Below are positions 57,446 through 64,000 of a stretch of 64,000 nucleotides of DNA, one piece after another. Source of the stretch: an uncultured Candidatus Saccharibacteria bacterium (GTDB lineage: Bacteria; Patescibacteriota; Minisyncoccia; Phycocordibacterales; UBA12088). The DNA lies in assembly GCA_964409035.1 (NCBI GenBank), contig CAYPBQ010000002.1, positions 83,267 to 147,266 on the forward strand. Direction: 5' to 3'. Within the stretch, counting starts at the first letter, position 1; the number at the start of each line of letters is the position of its first letter. The notes under the pieces are model-generated. The model saw nothing but the letters and a program-made list of their open reading frames with translations, was not told where the DNA came from and did no database searches. Position numbers and translations under genes: made by a program.

Positions 57446-58252
57446 ATGCGAGCCAAAAAAAGCCTTGGGCAACACTTTTTAACAAGTACTTCAGCAGTTT
57501 CATCCATTATTGCTGCCGCAAAGTTAGATAAAAACGATGTGGTAATTGAAATAGGCCCCGGAAAAGGAGTGCTCACAAGGGCGCTGCTGCAGCATGTAGG
57601 GAAGGTTGTTGCCATTGAAAAAGACCCTGACATGATTTCATTTCTCTCTGAGGAATTTGCGCCCGAGCTTCAAAGTGGCTCACTCTTGTTATACGAGGGC
57701 GGTGCTGAAGAAATTAGCTTTGACTCACTAATATTAGGTGAGTATAAAATTGTGGCTAACATTCCGTATTATATTACCGGTCTTCTGCTACGACATATTT
57801 TTTCACAAAAAAGGCTTCCATCATGTGCGGTATTACTAGTCCAGAAGGAGGTCGCGACACGAATCGCAAGGGATGAAAAGGAGAGTATCCTCTCTCTTTC
57901 AGTAAAGGTGTATGGAAACCCGGTGTACATTCAAACCGTAAAAGCAGGCAGTTTTTCTCCTGTTCCTAAGGTTGATTCAGCAATTCTGGCTATTTATGAT
58001 ATACAACGAAATAATATTGAATCGCCACACAAAGAAAAGGTGTTTTTTACCTTAATTAAGGAGGGGTTTAGCAAAAAGAGAAAGTTACTTGTATCAAATT
58101 TATCAAGTGTATTACCTAAAGAGGATATTCTTAGAGCATTTATGGATGCCGACATTTCGAACAGTGCAAGAGCGGAAGATGTTCATCTTTCAAAATGGCT
58201 GACTATTACCACATCACTTGAAAGACTAATCCACAGCAACAATACAAATTAG
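57446..58252 (+). CDS. rsmA: 16S rRNA (adenine1518/1519-N6)-dimethyltransferase KsgA/RsmA.
   Basis: LGQHFL ... VIEIGPGKGVLT SAM-binding motifs. Confidence 0.9.
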   Translation: MRAKKSLGQHFLTSTSAVSSIIAAAKLDKNDVVIEIGPGKGVLTRALLQHVGKVVAIEKDPDMISFLSEEFAPELQSGSLLLYEGGAEEISFDSLILGEYKIVANIPYYITGLLLRHIFSQKRLPSCAVLLVQKEVATRIARDEKESILSLSVKVYGNPVYIQTVKAGSFSPVPKVDSAILAIYDIQRNNIESPHKEKVFFTLIKEGFSKKRKLLVSNLSSVLPKEDILRAFMDADISNSARAEDVHLSKWLTITTSLERLIHSNNTN

Positions 58253-58297
58253 CTATTCTGTAATAAAACTCTGCTATACTTTGCAGGAAGGGTATTT

Positions 58298-59335
58298 ATG
58301 AACGAATCCATACTTCCAAGCAAGCAGTTTATTATTACCGTGATTGTTATTACGCTAGTGCTTGGCGGTGGTATCGCCGTATTTTTAAGCACGAGAGAAT
58401 CCGCAAGCAAATTTTTTGCTGAATCAAACGAGAAAGAGATGCGGGAAATTGCAGAAAAACTGGTCGCGTCTGACGAAGATGAGGATGGACTACTTGATTG
58501 GGAAGAATCGCTTTGGAAAACTGATGTAAAAAATGCAGACACTGATGGCGACGGCACATTAGATGGCGAAGAAATACAGATCGGAAGAGACCCACTTAAA
58601 CCTGCCCCAGGTGATGAAATCACCGTTCAGAGTATTGAAGTATTTAGGGATAATGCCGTAGCTGATGCGGAAGGGAGGAGTAGTAACCTTACCGCTGAAT
58701 TTGCTAAAAACTTTTTTATTGAGTACGCAAAAACCAAAGAGGCAGGTCTTCCTGTTGGGATCATGGGGGCAAGTATTCAAAAAGTAGAGAATTTGATTCC
58801 TCAAGATCAATACGAAAATAGGAAGCCTCTTTTTACAGAGGAAGATATTTTGATAGCGCCATCACAAGACAATTACGCCCTGCGAACGTATGGAAATGAG
58901 GTAGGACTTGCGTTAAAAAACCACCCTGTGGTAGGGGAGAACATGCTTGATGTATTCTACCGAGCACTGCGGAGCGGAAACAAAGCAGAGCTTGATACCC
59001 TACGAGCCTCAGCTACTTCTGTAGACAAGTTGGCAGAAGAAATAATCTCAATACGAGTACCTGAGCCGCTAGTAGCTAGTCATGTTGAGCTATTGAATAG
59101 CTTGGCGCTTTTTAATGAATTACTTGTTGCGTTTGGTAATACGTACGAAGATCCACTGGGCGCAACTATTGCTATGACCTATTACCCTAAGACCGCTAAA
59201 GAACTAGCAATTGTAGCAATATCGACCGCAAAGTACTTTGAGTCGAGGGATATTGTGTATGCACGAAATGACCCAGGGTATGTATTTAATGAACTACTTG
59301 TTATTTATAAGAGATCGCCGAATCTATTTATATGA
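58298..59335 (+). CDS. Membrane-anchored protein with thrombospondin-type-3-like Ca-binding Asp repeats (DEDEDGLLD, DTDGDGTLDGEE).
   Basis: N-terminal transmembrane helix. DxDxDG repeats. Confidence 0.4.
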   Translation: MNESILPSKQFIITVIVITLVLGGGIAVFLSTRESASKFFAESNEKEMREIAEKLVASDEDEDGLLDWEESLWKTDVKNADTDGDGTLDGEEIQIGRDPLKPAPGDEITVQSIEVFRDNAVADAEGRSSNLTAEFAKNFFIEYAKTKEAGLPVGIMGASIQKVENLIPQDQYENRKPLFTEEDILIAPSQDNYALRTYGNEVGLALKNHPVVGENMLDVFYRALRSGNKAELDTLRASATSVDKLAEEIISIRVPEPLVASHVELLNSLALFNELLVAFGNTYEDPLGATIAMTYYPKTAKELAIVAISTAKYFESRDIVYARNDPGYVFNELLVIYKRSPNLFI

Positions 59336-61038
59336 AATCAGTTGTTGGGGTAATCACATCTCTTCTGACTCGCTATATTGCGCCTTCTACAATAATAATG
59401 GCGTTGTTTGCTCCTTCAGTATTCATCATAGCAACCCCACAAAAGACTGAGGCGTTGTTTGGATTCGGCACAGTACCAGTAATTGATGTCGACAATTTAT
59501 TTACCAATGTTGCAAACACGGTTGAGGCTGTGTGGGCAACACTAAAGGAGTCCACACTTGATGGAATTGCCTGGTATCTAGCCAAATTAGTAATACAACG
59601 AATGACTGTTGAAATTATCAACTGGATCAATAGGGACTTTGAAGGGTATCCACAATTTGTTAATAACCTTGGGGTATTTCTTACTGATATTGCTGACCAA
59701 GCAACCGGCGCATTTATCCGAGAGAATAACCTTGAATATTTATGTAACCCCCTGAGTATCCGAATCGCCTTGCTTACCTATCAATACGAGCCTATTCAGC
59801 AAAGATACTCGTGTACCCTCTCTAGGGTGGTAAATAATATCGACTCATTTATCCAAGGAAATTTTGCTGAGGGTGGGTGGACTGGATGGTTTTCACACGC
59901 AACTATCCCCACCAACAACCTCCCAGGGCAATATCTTGTGATACAGGGTGAACTTGTTAAGTACGCAAACAAAAAAGAAGAGAATCAGAAAAACTACCTC
60001 TCTTATGGGCAGGGTATGTTTTCAGACCTCTCATTTGAATGGTGTCAAACTGTTGAAAATACTGAGGGAGTACCTGATGGGGCAGGTGGGGTTAGATATG
60101 AGGCAGGAATGACTAGAGATGATTGCCCAATAAAGACTCCGGGCAAGTTGATAACCGACCAGCTAAGTTGGGTAACCACAAGTCCACTTAGACAACAAGA
60201 GCTTGCTGATGAGCTAAATGAGGCTATATCAGCCATACTTAGCACGCTAATGAGTAAGCTACTCTCTGATGGACTTGCATATCTTACTTCAAGCGGCTTA
60301 GGAAGAGGTTCTGCTGGATCTTCGTATGATGATCTTTTGCGAGAAGATATCGCGCGCCAACAAGATCGCGTAACTCAAGACATTGTGCTCCAGATAGATC
60401 AGCAAATTGAAGAGGAGCTCGCGCTTGGTAGGGAGCTTGGATGTTATGGAGAGGATCCAGGAGATGGTGATGGAGGAGGAGGTGGGGGCGGCGGAGGGGG
60501 CGATATTGGGGGAAATGAATTTCGTGATGTACCTATCGGTGACAGATCAGAACTTCCTGATACCACCACATTCTCAAATATTAGATACACCCCCGCTGAT
60601 TCGTATGCGGCATATCAATCATCTGGTCTTGAGCCTCTTACCCCAACGGAGTACTACGAGCAGCTTGTCCTTGGTGGATTTATCGATACACCAACTAGTA
60701 CTTCGTGGAGTGAGAACTTTACCCTTAGAGAAGTTGGCATAGATGAAGGTTCTATTATTATAGAAAGGACTGGTGAGGATGCGTACCGAGTACTCTATGA
60801 TGCAAATGGCGACGATGTACGAGAGGTCATCGCAACCACCAGAGAAGTAGAGGGGCAGTCGGGTGTTTACGCCTTTACTCGAGTGACTGGTGAGGATTTA
60901 GGATTTCAAAATCTTGGCGTAAGAAGTAATGTTGCTGCCGGAGCGGTAAATGAGGCACTACGAGAGTATTACTTAATAAATGAAAATCCTCCTCAAACAA
61001 AACTTGATCCAGTAGGCGCTGGCGGATCGACCCAGTAA
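59332..61038 (+). CDS. Large secreted or membrane hypothetical protein with an internal poly-Gly linker (GDGDGGGGGGGGGGD).
   Basis: N-terminal hydrophobic segment. Gly-rich linker similar to those in the two downstream genes. Confidence 0.4.
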   Translation: MKSVVGVITSLLTRYIAPSTIIMALFAPSVFIIATPQKTEALFGFGTVPVIDVDNLFTNVANTVEAVWATLKESTLDGIAWYLAKLVIQRMTVEIINWINRDFEGYPQFVNNLGVFLTDIADQATGAFIRENNLEYLCNPLSIRIALLTYQYEPIQQRYSCTLSRVVNNIDSFIQGNFAEGGWTGWFSHATIPTNNLPGQYLVIQGELVKYANKKEENQKNYLSYGQGMFSDLSFEWCQTVENTEGVPDGAGGVRYEAGMTRDDCPIKTPGKLITDQLSWVTTSPLRQQELADELNEAISAILSTLMSKLLSDGLAYLTSSGLGRGSAGSSYDDLLREDIARQQDRVTQDIVLQIDQQIEEELALGRELGCYGEDPGDGDGGGGGGGGGGDIGGNEFRDVPIGDRSELPDTTTFSNIRYTPADSYAAYQSSGLEPLTPTEYYEQLVLGGFIDTPTSTSWSENFTLREVGIDEGSIIIERTGEDAYRVLYDANGDDVREVIATTREVEGQSGVYAFTRVTGEDLGFQNLGVRSNVAAGAVNEALREYYLINENPPQTKLDPVGAGGSTQ

Positions 61039-61121
61039 TAATGGAGTGGGGAGGTTATAAAAATTTATTCAAAAGCATCGAAGCACACACCAGAGTTGCA
61101 ACCAGCAAAGATTCATAAAAT

Positions 61122-62900
61122 ATGACTCAGTTAAAATCACTTCTCATCTCATCACTTCTCATCATTAGCGCATATGCTGGTTCAATTTGGTTTTATTCAG
61201 ATTCGCTTTCTGCACAAAGCCCTCCAAGAGAGGCGGTAACCTGTGAGGAGGTTGATACTACCATCGCACAACTCACCGCCCTTCGCGCACGAGCAGAGGC
61301 AGCAGACACACCAGAGGAGATACAAGCGATAGTAGATGAGTTTAACAGGCTAGAGACACATAACGGCAATGACCTTTTGGTGGCACAGCAAGAAAATCAA
61401 CTTGAAGATAGGAGGGAGTATTTGATAAGTAGGATAGAAGACACTATAGAGGTAGATACTGCGCAAGGTGGAAGAAATGCTGAAGAGCTTAATGATCTAC
61501 TAGCACGAGCAGAGACAGCAAATAACATTACCGAGCTTGGACGAGTAGAGGGAGAGCTCACTGAGATACGTGGAAGGTTAGGACTAAGTGGAGGTGGGGG
61601 TAGTGGAGGAGGTGGTGGAGGTGGGGGCGGGGTGATTGGTGGAGGGGGAGATGGGTCATGGGCAGGAGGCGTACTTGATGGAAGTGGAAAAGCTAATCGT
61701 GTTCCGATACCCGCCTTTACAAGAACCATAGTGCTTAACCCTGGTGATGACATACAAGCCGCAATAAACTCTGCGGGGCCTGGAACAGATATACAACTAA
61801 GAAGCGGCACATACTCATTCCGCAATATTTCTATAAATGGAAAGCAGGGTAATCCAAATGCGTGGATACGACTTGGAAACGCACCAGGAGAACGTCCAGT
61901 ACTAAAACCAACAGGTGGATATGCTGGTATAAGTGTTTTAGGAGGTTCAAGCTACGTCCTTATAGAAGGGTTAGAAGTAGATGGAAATAGAGTAGGAACA
62001 ACCCTTCCTGACGGAACCTACATTGGTTCATGGAATGACATGCTTAACTATTCAAACAGAAGTTGTGGCAACATTGGGTACCATTGCAATCAAGGGATTC
62101 ACATAGGGTGCGGAGGTTGTACTACAAACCAAGCGCATCACGTCGTAGTGAGGGACAATATCACCCACGACTTTGGCGGGTCAGGTATAACCACCTTTGC
62201 AGCTGACTATGTGGTAATCGAAGACAATGTGTCATTTAACAATGGTAACTTCTCTCGCTATGGCGAGAGCGGTATTTCTGCAGGTTTTCCTGTCATGACT
62301 GGTGGTGGAAGTTTGAATGATTATGGCTTTATAGTGCGAAGAAATATCACCTTCAACAATAAACAATTTCTTGGCTCAATAGATTGCGGTTGCGGTCCTG
62401 GTATCACCGACGGTAACGGCATAATTGTTGATGGAGCGGATCATTTTGGAGCATACAGAAGAACACTGCTTGAGAGCAATCTCTCGTATAACAATGGAGT
62501 TGAGGTTTCAGGGCAAGGAGTACACGGCACGGGTATGCACTCGGTAGATTCAAGTAATGTTGATTTTATAAACAACACTGCATACAACAATGCCGCGGGA
62601 CAAATATTTGCGTGTTGTAATTCGCGCAACAATACCTTCTACAACAACATAGCAATTGGTCCAAGGGCTCTTTTCACCGCAAGTGGGGGTTCCGGAACAG
62701 GAAAGTGCAACATTGTAAGTGCTAGTGAAAATGTAACCGCTACCGTTGCTGACCCTCTCTTTGTTAACCCCGGCGCAGGTGATTTTAGCTTGCGAGCAGG
62801 ATCGCCCGCCATTAATGCCGCATGCGATGTAACCGCATCCGCGGACCTAAATGGCAAAACCGCAAATGGCATCAAAGATATTGGGGCAATTGAAATGTAG
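61122..62900 (+). CDS. Secreted two-module protein: a conserved ~165-aa N-terminal module, a poly-Gly linker, and a right-handed parallel beta-helix (pectate-lyase-like) domain.
   Basis: Signal peptide. Repeating NN/NxG beta-helix coils (ITHDFGGSGITTF, VSFNNGNF, ITFNNKQF, LSYNNGVE, FINNTAYNNAAG). Confidence 0.55.
   Translation: MTQLKSLLISSLLIISAYAGSIWFYSDSLSAQSPPREAVTCEEVDTTIAQLTALRARAEAADTPEEIQAIVDEFNRLETHNGNDLLVAQQENQLEDRREYLISRIEDTIEVDTAQGGRNAEELNDLLARAETANNITELGRVEGELTEIRGRLGLSGGGGSGGGGGGGGGVIGGGGDGSWAGGVLDGSGKANRVPIPAFTRTIVLNPGDDIQAAINSAGPGTDIQLRSGTYSFRNISINGKQGNPNAWIRLGNAPGERPVLKPTGGYAGISVLGGSSYVLIEGLEVDGNRVGTTLPDGTYIGSWNDMLNYSNRSCGNIGYHCNQGIHIGCGGCTTNQAHHVVVRDNITHDFGGSGITTFAADYVVIEDNVSFNNGNFSRYGESGISAGFPVMTGGGSLNDYGFIVRRNITFNNKQFLGSIDCGCGPGITDGNGIIVDGADHFGAYRRTLLESNLSYNNGVEVSGQGVHGTGMHSVDSSNVDFINNTAYNNAAGQIFACCNSRNNTFYNNIAIGPRALFTASGGSGTGKCNIVSASENVTATVADPLFVNPGAGDFSLRAGSPAINAACDVTASADLNGKTANGIKDIGAIEM
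61260..61650 (+). repeat. 391-bp segment 100% identical to 63047-63437; the shared N-terminal module plus Gly linker of two adjacent secreted-protein genes.
   Basis: Base-by-base identity checked across both copies. The flanks diverge. Confidence 0.9.
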
Positions 62901-62911
62901 GTTCTCGCATC

Positions 62912-64000
62912 ATGAAAAACGCAATCAGTATAAGTAGTTTAGTGTCATTTATACTAATTGCGATTGCCTGTGTAAGTATTATTCCAACAAAGGGTAGTGC
63001 TCAGACACCACCACAAGAACCAATAACGTGCCAAGAAGTTTCTTCCACCATCGCACAACTCACCGCCCTTCGCGCACGAGCAGAGGCAGCAGACACACCA
63101 GAGGAGATACAAGCGATAGTAGATGAGTTTAACAGGCTAGAGACACATAACGGCAATGACCTTTTGGTGGCACAGCAAGAAAATCAACTTGAAGATAGGA
63201 GGGAGTATTTGATAAGTAGGATAGAAGACACTATAGAGGTAGATACTGCGCAAGGTGGAAGAAATGCTGAAGAGCTTAATGATCTACTAGCACGAGCAGA
63301 GACAGCAAATAACATTACCGAGCTTGGACGAGTAGAGGGAGAGCTCACTGAGATACGTGGAAGGTTAGGACTAAGTGGAGGTGGGGGTAGTGGAGGAGGT
63401 GGTGGAGGTGGGGGCGGGGTGATTGGTGGAGGGGGAGGGGGCACCACTACACCAGGAACAGGGGTAGGATCAGGTACCGCAGCGGGTACTGCAACTGATA
63501 CAGGCTTTGTGCCTGCGGGATATACCCTCGCATGGAATGATGAGTTTAACTCCCTAAGTCTAGGAAGTGGGTCCGCGTTTAGATGGACACCATTTGATAC
63601 CCTCGCAGCAAATGCAGGATATGACGCAAAAGGAAGAATACTTGCAAGTAACAGCTCTGATGCAATTTGGGTTGCTGACCACGAGATGGGTGCAAGTGGA
63701 ACACGAACATATGGTGACGCATTTAAAGCGGCGGGTACTTATGGCGATGGGCCATTCTTCCATGAAGTTTCGAGTGGTGCACTTGCCATGCGGGCATACC
63801 CAGTACCAAGCTCGGTTCGTAACGAATTTATTGCCTATGGATGGCCACAAGGCGCTCCTTATGCCGCAGGTGGAATATTTGGCTCACTCTCACACACACA
63901 GACATACGGCTACTATGAGGTGCGGCTTCGCGTAAACTCAATAACAAGAGGTCAGCATTTTGCGCTTTGGCTACTACAAGACGATCTGGCGTGGCCTCCT
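62912..64000 (+). CDS. Secreted paralog with the same N-terminal module and Gly linker, but a concanavalin-like/GH16-like C-terminal domain. Partial; it runs off the window edge.
   Basis: Nucleotides 63047-63437 are identical to 61260-61650. The C-terminus resembles GH16 (GQHFALWLLQDD, analogous to the PAFWLL block). Confidence 0.45.
   Translation, partial: MKNAISISSLVSFILIAIACVSIIPTKGSAQTPPQEPITCQEVSSTIAQLTALRARAEAADTPEEIQAIVDEFNRLETHNGNDLLVAQQENQLEDRREYLISRIEDTIEVDTAQGGRNAEELNDLLARAETANNITELGRVEGELTEIRGRLGLSGGGGSGGGGGGGGGVIGGGGGGTTTPGTGVGSGTAAGTATDTGFVPAGYTLAWNDEFNSLSLGSGSAFRWTPFDTLAANAGYDAKGRILASNSSDAIWVADHEMGASGTRTYGDAFKAAGTYGDGPFFHEVSSGALAMRAYPVPSSVRNEFIAYGWPQGAPYAAGGIFGSLSHTQTYGYYEVRLRVNSITRGQHFALWLLQDDLAWPP

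Noticed and set aside
61397-61825. Minus-strand poly-Pro ORFs (MVPPPPPPITPPPP...) at 61397-61825 and 63184-63447.
   Set aside because: They are reverse-strand readings of the Gly-rich (GGN)n linker of the secreted proteins (GGN read on the opposite strand gives CCN, Pro). They are artefacts duplicated by the 391-bp repeat.
1-64000. Search for a CRISPR array, rRNA, integrase or transposase, or prophage.
   Set aside because: No spacer-repeat periodicity, no rRNA-like segment and no phage structural genes were seen. The only recombinase is a housekeeping-type XerC/D.

Overview
The window is ~40% GC and looks like a chromosomal segment from a small-genome bacterium, possibly a Patescibacteria/CPR-like lineage; the lineage call is inference from gene content. 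Most of the sequence is conserved housekeeping: the rpsL-rpsG-fusA-tuf operon, pgk-tpiA, nusA, ppa, tig-clpP, rny, hup, rpsO-pnp, pcrA, ksgA, xth, xerC/D, recJ and rnhA. The natural-competence and DNA-uptake toolkit is well represented: ComEC split into a channel gene and a separate metallo-beta-lactamase (MBL) gene, a pilB-pilC type IV pilus cluster with large pseudopilins, and comM/yifB. There are four tRNAs, none with an encoded CCA, a probable reduced RNase P RNA directly downstream of tRNA-Gly(GCC), and a CCA-adding enzyme gene beside the tRNA cluster. The most unusual region is a ~1.2 kb stretch (36.4-37.6 kb) with no conventional genes. It holds tandem minus-strand micro-cistrons, each with its own promoter or Shine-Dalgarno site and intrinsic terminator. 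One of them sits in a sharp ~68% GC island. A 19-bp perfect hairpin lies in the same stretch. Other notable items: four copies of a 20-30 bp perfect palindrome clustered around a TrpR-like (YerC/YecD) regulator gene; a 29-aa hyper-acidic micro-ORF with a perfect Shine-Dalgarno site and a strong terminator; a low-GC orphan gene next to tRNA-Gly; and a secretome island (58.3-64 kb) in which two adjacent secreted proteins share a 391-bp 100%-identical N-terminal module but carry different C-terminal carbohydrate-active domains. No CRISPR array, rRNA, transposase or phage gene was seen.
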